Shown piece after piece: positions 1 through 12,390 of a DNA stretch of 64,000 nt; the first letter of the stretch is position 1; the number at the start of each line of letters is the position of its first letter. Position numbers and translations under genes: made by a program. The notes beneath the pieces are model-generated. The model was not told the origin of the DNA, searched no databases, and saw only the letters and a list, made by a program, of their open reading frames with translations. Source of the DNA: Octopus vulgaris (Eukaryota); the NCBI GenBank assembly GCA_951406725.2, contig OX597832.1, forward strand, positions 11,594,001 to 11,658,000, read 5' to 3'.

Positions 1-165
1 TCTCTTTATGAATGGAATATCTGACTATTCTTCTTTGACCGCTCAGATGACTATTCGGATCTGCTACCTCATAACTGTGCGCTTCCACCTAGTTATGCTT
101 GCACACTTCACCACAAATCCATATTCAATAGATGGAATAACAAATGGTGGACAAGATTAGTATAA
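1..165 (-). mobile_element. Decayed CR1/L2-type LINE ORF2 C-terminal fragment
   Basis: Minus-strand translation gives remnants LYTNLV..H and HSYE....RR..DI, resembling the CR1 thumb motifs LY.SLVRP.LEY and SYEERL..L.L.SLE.RR.RGD; interrupted by frameshifts. Confidence 0.35.
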
Positions 166-279
166 ACAAACTTGCTCTCTTTAGTCGCACAAAATGACCC
201 TGGTACACATTTTTTGAAGCTTATATTTTGAATGCTGAACATATTTTACCGATACGCAATTTACTGGATCATAAACACA

Positions 280-492
280 GCAACACCGGTTCACAAGCAC
301 TGGTGGGAACAAGCGCAGACACAAAGACACGCACACACACAGATACAACGTTTTTTTCTTTTCGGTTGTGTCTACCAAATCCATTCACAAGGCTTTGGTC
401 GGCGCGTGGATGAAGCAAAAGACACTTGGCCAAGGTACCACGTGCTGGAACTGAACCCAGAACCATGTGGTTGCAAAGCAAACTTCTTACGA
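280..492 (-). mobile_element. SINE family A, partial copy
   Basis: Contains tctaccaaatccattcacaaggctttggtcggc...gacacttggccaaggtaccacg...gaactgaacccagaaccatgtgg, matching other family A copies in the window. Confidence 0.85.
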
Positions 493-499
493 CAGAGCC

Positions 500-1055
500 C
501 TACCTGGGTCTACACACACCTACACATATCCGAACACCCGTCTTCGCCGTGAGCAGGGATTAATCTTCTCTCTTCGCTTCTTTGCGCCACATGGGCTCAA
601 CTTTCCTCTTCATCTAACCCTCCTCTTCTCCTCTCTTCCTCTCACACACACTTCCTCCCATCCACCTCTCCTCTCTTGCTTACACACCTTCTCCCTTCCA
701 CCCTCCCCTTCATCGTCATCCCCTCCCTCGTAACCCACTCTACATATTCCACCCCCACCATCCCTATAGATCCCATCTCCTCATCCGTTAGATACCACCT
801 TTGCTTCCCCCACTCTCGCCTCCCCACACCCAACACCGCCACACCCACCACACACCGCCACACCACAAACTACCACACCAACACACCACAGACCACCATA
901 CCCCACACGACTATACCACACCACATCATTACACCACCCCTTACACACACTAGCACTGAACACTTCCCAGCACCCATACCAGCGCGCACACTAGCACTGA
1001 CCACTTCACAGTTCCTACACCATAATCCACACACCTACACATACACACACACACG
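500..1055 (+). mobile_element. Penelope-like element 3' fragment (end of GIY-YIG endonuclease plus C-rich 3' UTR)
   Basis: 539-601 translates as RLRREQGLIFSLRFFAPHGLN, the R..REQ.LIF.L....P.GLN C-terminal signature of PLE GIY-YIG endonucleases. Homologous to 56793-57260. Confidence 0.8.
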
Positions 1056-1479
1056 TCAATGTCACCAATGTCAGGCAATGTCAAGGCGTGGACAGGTCAG
1101 AATATCACGATCCTGCAATGACCAGGGTTGACGGCTGATGGTAAAAGCTTTAGAGTGTTAGAGTGGAATGCCAAGGTTGTTTATAGGAGTTAAGGGAACT
1201 TAATGATTTTTTTATTCTGACATAAAGAGGAATTCATATTTCATCAATTTAACTAAAAAAATAACAAAAGATGGGTTACGAATAACAATTAAACAATTGA
1301 TAGAGGTTTTTTGTTATAAAATTTTTAATTTTACTATTTAGAGAAAATTTCGCCGTAAAAGGAAAACTAACTATTGGTTTTTCCATGAGGAACTGGCTTC
1401 AATGCATGGTAAAACACTTCAAGATTTTCATGTTGTCTCCAATTGATATATATATTAACTCCTACTTCAAGCGCAATGA

Positions 1480-2400
1480 GCCAAATAATGTTATATTCTT
1501 TGAAATGTTAAGTTAGAAATTACAGTAAACTTACTAAGATACACATTTGTGTTGGGAAGTAAGTTACACAGGCATTGCTAACGAAGAATACGTAAGAGAA
1601 TAACTTTTCTAGATAAGTTCAGAATAAGGTCACGGAGAGCGGGTGAATGTTATAAATATATAAATTTGTTTAAGAAGAAAGAGTGGTTGAAACATGACAA
1701 GGCGAAATATAAAATTAAAGAACAGAGAAGGGTAAGATTCATAAATATATTATGAAGAAAATTAAGTGACAGAAGCATTATTAAATTTACACATACCTGC
1801 GCAATACCTGTATTGTAATATTCTGCAGTCGTCCTCAGCCAGTTATATCTTAAATGGAGGAAATGGACAGAGGCATTAGAAATGTGTTAAATATCATGAT
1901 CTGCCCGCAATCATGAATAGCAGGAGTAAAAGTATCTAAAAGAACAATTGCATTAGAATAGGAGGCACTAGCTTCACGACGAACGGCAAATTGACAAGTA
2001 CATGAATAGAAAGTTGTGATACAGATCGAAAAATGTTGAAATTAACGTTCAGTATATAAAGTATGTATTTATGGTTTAAGAACAGCTTCTAATATAAAGA
2101 AAATATTGAAGAAATTGATGGATAACTGGATATCAGAGGACAGCTTCAAACAGAAGTAGTATTTCATTATGAATATAGTACCGATTACAAATTAAAGAAA
2201 TACTAATGTAGCGCACGCTTCTATGAAAGCCACAGCGAAATGGAAAAGGCGAAGATCTTGATAGAGTAATGTCGAAAGATATAAAAAGAGAGTGTTTGAG
2301 AGAAAGTGTCTGAAAATACATTAAGAGAACTGGAGAGACAGAATTCTTACTAATGATCGGGTAAAAATTCAAGATTCTAACACCTATTGTCTAAGTAGAA
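1480..2400 (+). mobile_element. Highly decayed R4/Dong-like non-LTR retrotransposon RT/thumb region
   Basis: About 1792-1890 reads HTCAIPVL*YSAVVLS...MDRGIRNVL, like NT.AIPVL.YS.GI..W...MDRKIRK.L. Purine-rich flanks with many stops; boundaries uncertain. Confidence 0.45.
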
Positions 2401-4091
2401 ATAGACAGAAGCTAACCTGTTATTTAGCACATTTAAAAGTATGTGAAGCCTCCTATCATACAGTGTATAAATGAAGTCATAAGAGATTAAAATGAAATAT
2501 TAGGGCTTCAAATAACTACAGAATTAATGGTATAATTGTGTAATAACCTAAATGCTCGAAGCTGGATGTAACTTTGATTCACATTGGAGAAAAAATTAAA
2601 AATAGGATTAACCACATTTTCCGGAAACTGTTATTCCAAAGCAGCTTGTGTAATAGTTCTAATGATTCCTTTGTAAATATAGACAATATCAAGGAAGCAA
2701 AACGATCGCATATGATGATAGGGAGAGGGAATATATAACTAATGAAATAAGTTATTTCATTTTGGCGTTGACAACTAAGTTAAGCACCAAATAAATTTGA
2801 GACAGGGATGAGATGTATTATAAACAATCATCTCACACCTCATGTTTTACATTTGCAGCAATAAACATAAGCGTAGCTCTTCAAGAGAATATGGAGTAAA
2901 GACACAAGCATTATGGACTAAATACTCAAATAGTTTCTTTGGAAGCAGCCATAAAAAAGAGTCGAGAAAACGGCTCTTTGTAAATCTAAAAATATATCTT
3001 TGGTTGGCTTTATCGACAAGAGATATAATTAATAATACAGATTATTTTTATCCTTGGCTCAATTCCCGAGTTTTTTTTTTTTTTTCAGTTCTTTTAGTGG
3101 GTGTGGGCGGGCGCGACTGATTATAGTGCATTAGCACTTATTTGACTGGCAAGCACTTTTGAAACCTTGAAGTATTAAACCAAGAAAGAAATCCGGCAAG
3201 ATTTAGAATCAAACTGCCAAGGGACGTAACTATATATTCAGTGTTACTATTTTTCGCCATTTACAATATTTACCGTTTTATAACCCAATGTTAGAAATAA
3301 TAGTATCAAAATAAACGTATGAAAAAAAAATAAATGCTTCTTTGTGATGATCCAAATTATTAGTTTAAGGATTATTATCTTTTGGGATGTGAAGACGGAA
3401 TATCGTTTACAAAGAACTGAAATGTGATTTTTATATTTATCTGCTGTTATTAAATCAACGTTTCGTATCAGTGATAATCTACACGTATTATTTACATATA
3501 AACACTCTATAAACAAGATTCCTTGCAAATTCTCATTAACATTGATGCCCTTTTTCAAGGTTCCATCATTCACACATGCCTCACGCATGCACAAAATGTC
3601 AACATAACAGAAACCACATTTCTAAGACAAATATTTTATTTATTCAGTTATTCAAAATAACACAGTGATGCAGCTAAATAAACTTCAATTTAAACCGCAG
3701 ATTTTTGTATTTTTATCAGACTATTCTTTAGGGGATGTGAGTTATCGATAGAAACTTCAATTATATCAATTAAGGTGAGAAATATAAATATAAATGTTAA
3801 TACTGCAGCGACTGCTACTCGTAATAATGACCAATTACCTTGACATAAGGACAAAACTTATAATACAAATATTATTATTAACATTATTTTTATTATACAC
3901 GTTGCTGTATTAATATTATTATTATTATTAATAATAATAATATTTGTATAATATTTATGATAATACTATTAGCAATATCGTTACTAGTAATAATAATAAA
4001 GTTTTACTGCTACTATTACTAATAATAATAATCAACCGAAAACCAACAGTAATAAATATAAATTACGCAAGTATAGAGCAAATGTTGCTTA

Positions 4092-4127
<36 letters not shown>

Positions 4128-4647
4128 TATACATATGTATGTAGATGGAGATGTATATATATATTGTTCTGTGCATATCCGTTGAAAAATTTTGTTTATG
4201 TAGGTATATCAATATTATTATTTCGCAACCAATTACCGGCTGCTTCTATTTATCTTCAGATAACAATCTTTGTAGTGCACACACAGAGTATACATTGCAG
4301 GGCTCTTCTGGCTTCATCTATTACTGAACATCTTTAGTTTTTATTTTCGTTATTGTTTTAGATATTGTTATAGAATATTTTGTTTTGTGTTATCTGCATT
4401 ACTTTTTTTTTATCTATTTTTGTTTTGTTTAAGATCTATCTCCTGATTGGCTTTTACTGTGATATGCTGTTGGTGGTCTATAACCATACATTTTCATCTT
4501 TGGTCATATGTATTTATCGTTTTCTTAGATAACGTACATAATAATATGAGATCGTGTGTTTCCAGAATGTGAAGATGTATGTGTGCATTTATATGTTGGC
4601 CAGCATGCGTGCACTCAACTGTCTGTATGTATTTGCCTATTTGCGTG

Positions 4648-4711
<64 letters not shown>

Positions 4712-4736
4712 CACACACACATATACACATGCACAA

Positions 4737-4789
<53 letters not shown>

Positions 4790-4824
4790 TTCACACACAC
4801 ATCAACATACACATGCACAGACAA

Positions 4825-4870
<46 letters not shown>
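4648..4870. repeat. Duplicated compound microsatellite (TA)n(GA)n-ttcacacac-(CA)n(TA)n
   Basis: The same ordered set of tracts and the linker gagattcacacacacat...atacacatgcaca occurs twice in tandem. Confidence 0.85.
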
Positions 4871-4876
<6 letters not shown>

Positions 4877-5593
4877 GTCTATAGGAATGTTGTACATTGC
4901 CTGTCAAAATATAACGTTCTAAATTCAAGATTTTTATGATAATATCCCATTGTTTGCTTATCAAATTTTGTAGGTATATATCTAGCGTTTTCGGATCTAT
5001 AGCTGCAGGGCGTAATATTGGTTGTTCTAAATCTCGCAATTAGAATTCCTTTCAAATATTTCCTTTATTCTAATCAGGTTTGTATTTTGTAAAGAAATCT
5101 TTAAAATCAGCGAAATTGACTTTTGACTTATACTGATATTTGGACAATGCAAGCTGGCGTGACATACACGCATACACACATGCAATAACACAGTCATACT
5201 CATACATATACACAATCATACACACGTATGCACATAAATTAAATTTACACACACACACAAGGGTCAGGAAGCTTGATCTTATTTTTTTTTCTTCGAGTAC
5301 CGGAAATAGCAGCCAAGTCAACTTCACAGCACTATTTGTAAGTTTAAAAGGCGACACATTGGATAATGTAGTCGGATGTAGTGTGTCTGAAAATAAAAGC
5401 TGGGTAGACTACATTAATCATAACTTCTTAATTGAAGCTTACATTAATGGTAGAGTTGATCATAGATCTAACCGCACTAATACATGACTTCATATATATA
5501 TATATATGTATGTATGTGTGTTTATATATATATATGTATGTATGTGTGTATGTATATATATATACACGCATGTATATACATTGTGTGTGTATA

Positions 5594-5788
5594 CTCTTTT
5601 ACTCTTTCACTTGGTTCAGTCATGTGACTGTGACCATGCTGGAGCACCGTCTTTAGTCGAGCAAATTGACCCCAGGATTTATTCTTTGTAAACCTAGTAC
5701 TTATTCGATCGGTCTATTTTGCCGAACCGCTAAGTTACGGAGATGTATACACACCAGCATCGGTTATCAAGCGATGTTGGAGGGACAA

Positions 5789-5819
<31 letters not shown>

Positions 5820-5984
5820 CATATATACGGTAGGCTTCTTTCAGTTCCCGTCTGCCAAATCCACTCACAAGGTTTTGGTCGGCCCGAGGCTATAGTAGAA
5901 GACACTTGCCCAAGGTGCTACGCAGTGGGACTGAACCCAGAACCATGTGATTGATAAGCAAGCTACTTACCACACAGCCACTCC
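5594..5984 (-). mobile_element. SINE family A, full length, with internal (TA)n/(TG)n tract
   Basis: Reverse complement starts with a tRNA-like head (ggagtggctgtgtggtaag, box A; ggttcagtccc, box B), then ccttgggcaagtgtctt, an internal microsatellite, and the tail ggtgctccagcatgg...gactgaa(a/c)caagt(a/g)aaagag. Confidence 0.9.
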
Positions 5985-5992
5985 AACATATA

Positions 5993-6040
<48 letters not shown>

Positions 6041-6223
6041 TGTATGTTGTTGTTGGTAGGGGGGTAATGATGTCGGTCGTAAAGGTGCCTATGCTGTTGG
6101 TGTTTGTGGTGTATGTATAAATGTATATGTATCTGTCTCCCTCTCTGTATGTATGTGCGTATGTTTGTGTGTGTGTGTGTGTGTTTGCGCATGCGTGTCT
6201 GTGTGTGTATATACCAAATATTT

Positions 6224-6371
6224 TTTTATGTGCTACTATTGGTTCATGCGATGAAAGAATGTCAGACACTATATTTTAACACGTCTTGTGCCTTGCGCTG
6301 AGACACCAGACGTGTTAAAATATGCTGTCTGGCATGCTTTCATCGCATGAAACTCATAGTAACGCATAAAA
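6224..6371. repeat. Near-perfect ~148-nt palindrome (MITE-like hairpin)
   Basis: Paired segments ttcatgcgatgaaag/ctttcatcgcatgaa, atgtcagaca/tgtctggcat and tattttaacacgtct/agacgtgttaaaata, with loop gcgct; arms extend to ttttatgtgctactat/atagtaacgcataaaa. Confidence 0.9.
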
Positions 6372-6529
6372 TTTTATGTATTTTGTGTTTATTAATATTT
6401 ATCTCTGAGCAGGTGGAGTACATGAGAATACACACACACACACACACACGCGCGCGCATATTTATATATATATACACATTTATATATATATACACATATA
6501 TATATATATGTATAGAAATTAAATATAAA

Positions 6530-6842
6530 TTATAACTTACAAAGTGGGACAAGAACGCAAAAACACACAAAGAGACGACACAAAAAAACAGACGGGTCAC
6601 TGGAAGCCTTTAATCTTCAGTCGGAAACCGGATCATCTTAGCAATTTCGGCTGTTTAATCTCGATATCGCTCCGATCCGGCCAGCCCCAAAGAAAAACTA
6701 AGCCACGGGCATTAGATTTCTTGGAAAGAGGATCGAATGTATACGAAACAAGGACAGGATGCCACACGAATATAAATACAAGAAACAAAAAATAGAAATT
6801 AAAAACAAGAATAGTAAACAGGACAAAAACAGCGGGTGTCTT
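6530..6842 (-). mobile_element. (TA)n-embedded interspersed cassette, family E, copy 1 (possibly a PLE terminal repeat)
   Basis: Homologous to 52325-52560 (gacgggtca...gcaatttcggctg...ggccagcc...cattagatt). Flanked by TA tracts, with a T-rich tail on the minus strand. Confidence 0.65.
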
Positions 6843-7539
6843 ATATATATATATATATATTCTAAAGCGAGAAGTTTCGCCATGACAGATCGTGGAGTCA
6901 ATGGCTTTTACTGGTCAAAGACGTCACAAGTATATTTGCTGCACGTACTGATATAAAAGTCTGCTTAGTTGACGCTACTGCCTAACATATGATATACATG
7001 TACACACAAACACATGAACAAACACACGCACCTCAACGAACAAGATCACACACACAAACACTCACGAAAAAGACCATACACACACTCACACATACAAACA
7101 CACACACCACAACAACTACAGAAACACCCAAATATATATTTATACATACGTATACATACTAATTATACACAGACGCACATATTCAATTGTTTCAACGAAC
7201 GTGTGAAAACATCCTTGATACCATAGTAAAGTATACTAGTCAAATGATATTTTACACTTGGAGTTTTCGTGACATGTGTTTGTCATTTCAGGTATTGGAA
7301 TATAAAATCTGATTGTATGGCTGCTTTTATTTTTTTTCATTCTTCGTTATTTTTATCATAAATTTAATTTAAATTACTTTCTGCTAAATTGTACAATGCA
7401 GTTCATATAAATACATACACATACAAATACACACATATAAGCGCGCGCATGCACACACACACAAACGCACACACATAATTATATCAATGTTTGTTTTTAT
7501 ATCGAGTTATGATAGAAACAATTTTAAATTGTACTGAGT

Positions 7540-7836
7540 GGAGGCACGTGGCCTAGTGGTTAGAGCAGCGGACTCGCGGTCGAAGATTCGCGGGTTCAAA
7601 TTTCAGACAGGGCTATGTGTGTGTTTATGAGCGAAACACCTAAGCTCCATGCGGCTCCGGCAGATGGTAATGGCGAATTCTGCTGACTCTTTCGCCACAA
7701 CTTTCTCTCACTCTTTTCTCCTGCATCTTGCAGCTCACCTGTGACGGATCGGCATCCCGTCCATGTGGGGAACCTATACGACAAGGAAACCGGGAAACCG
7801 GCCCTTATGAGCCAGGCATGGCTTCAGAAGGAACAA
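7540..7836 (+). mobile_element. SINE family C (tRNA-Arg-like head)
   Basis: ggaggcacgtggcctagtggttagagcagcggacTCGcggtcgaagattcgcgggttcaaatt has Pol III boxes A and B and a UCG anticodon-like loop. Homologous copies at 39.9 kb and 59.1 kb. Confidence 0.85.
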
Positions 7837-8496
7837 GCATTATACTGACGGGTTACTCATTACTTTTGTAAAATACATACTTTATATATTACAAGAAAAG
7901 TGTTGAGAGTGAATTCGAAGTTATATCATGCTATGCATTTTCAGTCTGATAAAGACTAGCTGGCCGAAATTTCGCAGACATTACAACCCTAGCCTCTTGT
8001 AAAAATACATTGTTTGTGTGTTTGTGTGTGCGCGCACACACATATCTATGCATATTCACATACGCGTAGGTGTGGTAAGCAATGTCGTGATGAAGCTTGA
8101 TGTGTAGGATGCTGGGTTCATGATCATGTGGTCATAGGTTTGATTTTCGCACTGGACTGTGTCCTTGTTGAAGATATAGGCTGCATGGTACTCAGGGTAT
8201 ATACGTCACAGCTGTGTTTCTGCGCAACGATTTCTCCACGCAGATATCAAATTGCAGTTTTGTTTTCTTTTTGAGTCATCTGAGGAGGTGTGGTGAGAAT
8301 GTGTGTATTTTCTCTGGATTTTAGACACCTTAAACAATAAGTAAAATAATTACATATATTGTTAAATTATAGCTGCATGTGATTGACACACATTCACGCG
8401 CTCATAATGGTGCATGTATTTATGTATATGTATATAACATTTCTGTACTTTCGTAACTCGAATTTAAGAATAATTAATATGAGTGTTTATGTCGAA

Positions 8497-8614
8497 GGCG
8501 GTGAGCTGGCAGAATTGTTAGCACACCACTCAATATGCTTAGCGGCATTTCGGTCTTCTTCACCTTCTGGAGCTGACTCTAACTTTCATCCATTCTTGGC
8601 TCGATAACATAAGT
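8497..8614 (+). mobile_element. SINE family B, partial copy
   Basis: ggcggtgagctggcagaattgttagcac...atgcttagcggcatttcg...ctttcatccatt...cgataacataagtac. Confidence 0.75.
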
Positions 8615-8725
8615 ACAGTAATCCCTCGACGATCGCGGGTGTTACGTTCCAAAACCTAACATTTGGTACCTATCAGCCGCAGAAACCGGCGATATACCGA
8701 GGATTCCGCGATATAAATTTACACA
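8615..8725 (+). mobile_element. Tigger/pogo-like DNA transposon terminus
   Basis: TA followed by cagtaatccctcgacgatcgcgggtgttacgttcc resembles pogo/Tigger-type TIRs (CAGT..CCCTCG). No partner TIR found. Confidence 0.45.
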
Positions 8726-9344
8726 TATTAGCAAGAAAAATCCACGATGTACCGAGTGTACGATAGATGGACCACAATATGGCGAAGGGTTACTGTTCCT
8801 GCTGAACACTTACACCACAGCCCCAAATTGCTGGCTTTGCGCCAAACTTTAAGAACAATACGAGTGCATGTGGACCCACTATCATCTCTATTACCATGCA
8901 AATATACATTTCCTGTATTAGCATGAATGATAGTCAAACAAATTATCAATGGAAAATTACATACAATAAAGTAACCGCTGCAGAATTCAATAACTGCACG
9001 TATTTTAAACTCTTATATATAGTATGAGAAGTCTATAGAAATTCATAATAAACTTAATGCATATGGAGAATTTGCAGCTGAATACTTGATACTCTAGTAG
9101 TTGCAGGTATATATATTATTAATAAACGGTTTATTATATCATCGTTTCCTGTTGTTCTATATTATGTTGAATTAAAATATGCTGTATACATGTTTAAGTA
9201 TGAGATATGTGTTGCTGAAATATCACTATGAATGATAAAAGCATTAAAAATTTATATTACATTTGGAGTCGAGAGAACCAACGAGTGCAGGTACAATAAA
9301 TATAACTTTTTATTGTTATTAGTATTATTATCAATGACGTTGAG

Positions 9345-10080
9345 ATTGCGAGCTAGCAGTATCGTTCGAACGTCGGTCAAAATGCTTAGCAGAACTTCGA
9401 CCGTCATTACGTAGTGCGTTCAAAATCCACCGGGAATGACTTTCGTTTTCATCATTTTGGATTCGACTTTGCCTTTCATCCTTTCGGGGTCGATTAAATA
9501 AGTACCAGTTACGTACTGCGGTCGATATAATCGACTTCATCCGTTTGTCTGTCCTTGTTTTTTCCCCTCTGTGTTTAGCCCCTTGTTGGTAGTAAAGAAA
9601 TAGGTATTTCGTCTGCCGATACGTTCTGAGTTCAAATTCCGCCGAGGTCGACTTTGCCTTTCATCATTTCAGACTCGATAAATTAAGTACCAGTTACGCA
9701 CTGGGGTCGATATAATCGACTTAATCCGTTTGTCTGTCCTTGTTTGTTCCCTCTGTGTTTAGCCCCTTGTGGGTAGTAAAGAAATAGGTATTTCGTCTGC
9801 CGTTACGTTCTGAGTTCAAATTCCGCCGAGATCGACTTTGCCTTTCATCCTTTCGGGGTCGATAAATTAAGTACCAATTACGCACTGAGGTCGATATACT
9901 CGACTTGATCAGTTTGTCTGTCCTTGTTCGCCCTCTCTGTGTTTAGCCCCTTGTGGGTAGTAAAGAAATAGGCATTTCGTCTGTCTTTATGTTTTGAGTT
10001 CAAATTCCGCCGGGGTCGACTTTGCCTTTTATGCTTTCGTGGTCGAGAAATTAAGTACTAGGTGAATACGGGAGTCGATT
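9345..10080 (+). repeat. Tandem array of SINE family B, 184-bp head-less units
   Basis: Unit start tagg(t/c)atttcgtctg recurs at 9601, 9785 and 9969, preceded by one copy that retains the head. Confidence 0.92.
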
Positions 10081-10584
10081 TCATTTTGCATAAAAGAACT
10101 TAGCCTGGCAAGTAGTTATAAAGACGTTTAGTGCATGGTGGACGCGGATAATAATTTTGAGAACAGAATTATTTTGAATTTCAAGCAGAGCTTTTCAGGG
10201 AGAAATTTTGTTAAAAAAAAAAAAGCTAAAAAGTAACACAGGCATTAATTTCTAGTATATTTACTGAAACGCCTGTGATTCTGGTGTAATTCAATACAGG
10301 TGTGCTTCAATAGCTGTAAAAGATTGGGAGAATAATTCTGCCTTCTATGTGTCGCAGGATTCTAAGTTTCGATGCGGGTTTTCTAAAAGCCTTTTCTTGT
10401 TCTTAATTTCTTCTGTACAGTTAGTTATGTTCGTTATCTCTTTATATTCCTTATCTCATTCTATTTATCAAGCTGCATTGCTGCATGTATATCGAGTAAG
10501 ATGTCGAGATCATTTATTTTCTAGTTCAGTTTACAGGGCAGTTGTAGCCAATGAAATAATGTTTTTATTAGTTAATTATCATTA

Positions 10585-11010
10585 TTGCTGCTCTTATTGT
10601 TGTTATTTCATCATCATCATCATCTCCTTTCTCCTCTTCCTCACCATCATCATCATCACCACCAGCACCACCTTTCTTCTTTTTCTTCTTCTTATCTTCT
10701 TCTAATACTATTTTTTCATTCTAATACTACTTTTTACTTCTACTACTACTTCTTTTTCTTCTATCTCTATTTCTTTTTCTTCTACTTCTACTTCTTCTTT
10801 TTCGTCTTCTACTACTAGTACTATTTCTTCTCCTTCTAATATTTTTTTATTCTTCTTCTTCGTCTTCTACTTCTTCTTCGTCTTCTACTCCTAATTCTTT
10901 TTTCTTTTTCTAATACTACTACTTCTTCTTCTCCTTCTTTTTCTTCTTCTTCTTCGTCTTCTTCTTCTTCTTCTTTATTATTATTATTATTATTATTATT
11001 ATCATCATCT
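10585..11010. repeat. Compound trinucleotide tract (CAT/CTT/CTA/TTA)
   Basis: Direct inspection. Confidence 0.9.
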
Positions 11011-11420
11011 GTGCCATAAAAGTGACTAGGTTACGAAATGCATGTGGATTTTTTGAAAACCGAATAAAGTACACGGTACAAAAGCGTGGGGTGTTCAATT
11101 GAAATCGAATGAAACGAGATGTGATAGTATATAACGTATGAAAATTGGGCTAATGTCATCATACTATATTTTCGAGATCTCAGAAAGAAAGATCACAATT
11201 GTTCTTTTTTCTGAAAGTAAAAGCTGAACAAGCCAACAAATTTTAAAATGTAATGCCATGACCTGTTTGTTTGATGAAAATAGCTTTTGAGAAACACATC
11301 ACATGCTTCTCGACAAGATAATGTGCTATAGAGCTTAAATGTTTCATTGTAACAGATATTCTATTTAAAATACACCTTAGCAATGAAACTGGTAGAGGTA
11401 AATGACACAGGGAAAGAGTG

Positions 11421-11456
<36 letters not shown>

Positions 11457-12118
11457 GAAGGGAGGGAAACTTAGGAAGCACTGAATCTCTATAAAAGATG
11501 TCAATGATATTTCCTTTTGATATATAGCATTTATTTTCATTTATTTTCTGCTTGTTTCAATTTATCGTTAGCATGGCAGAGATAATAAAAAATAAATCTA
11601 ATACATCAGTTAATACTGCTGGTTTAATTATAAAATCTAATTGTTTTTAGAGCTGCTTATAATAAATGACTGACGGCATACGTCATAAAATCACATACTT
11701 TTGATGTAAAATAGGGCGTCAATGCACGGGGATTTTTATGTTAGTCGCCCTATCTCCAAGAAACAACAGTCAAATCTTCATCAAATGACACTCAACTATC
11801 GTATGAAAAACGACATAAATAAACTATATATAAATTGCAGTGTTGCAAACAAACGTTCCTCAATCCAATTATATTCTCTCTGTGCTATTTTCATGTATTC
11901 GGGAAGTTCCGTCTTCTTAGTCAACCGCCGGAAAAGTGTCTGACTTGTGTATCCGATGTAAAAGTTTGAATAGCGAAGTTTACAATTTCATGTCTAAAAT
12001 AAATTTTCTGTATTTCATTGATTGGTTGAAGTATATTTTATAGTTTGCTATTTTCTTAGTCTTCGTGATATATAATATTCTAAATGTATATGGTCTGGTG
12101 TAATACATATTGTGCTCC

Positions 12119-12158
<40 letters not shown>

Positions 12159-12174
12159 ATCATATACATACGTA

Positions 12175-12390
12175 GGGCGGTGACGTGGCGGTTTCGTTAG
12201 CACGCTAGCCAAAATGCTTAGTGGCGTTTCGTCCGTCTTTGCGTTCTGAGCTCAAATTCCGCCGAGGTCGACATTGCCTTTCAAGTATTTGGGGATGATA
12301 AAATAAGTACCAGCTGAACACTAAGCTCTATAAAATCAACTTATCCCCTCCCCCGAAATTGCTGGCCTTGTACCAATATTTGAACTCAAT
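12175..12390 (+). mobile_element. SINE family B (alternative 3' tail)
   Basis: ggcggtgacgtggcgg..cgttagcacg...caaattccgccgaggtcgac..gcctttca...ataagtaccag...cccctcccccgaaattgctggccttgtacc. Confidence 0.85.

Noticed and set aside
7540-7615. tRNA gene candidates at SINE heads (also 29040-29110, 40040-40110 and 59130-59200)
   Set aside because: No complete cloverleaf or acceptor stem; each continues into a shared SINE body.
7940-7982. Hammerhead-like ctgataa-agactagctggcc-gaaatttc
   Set aside because: G8 is missing, stem II has a mismatch and no loop, and no stem I can form outside the core.
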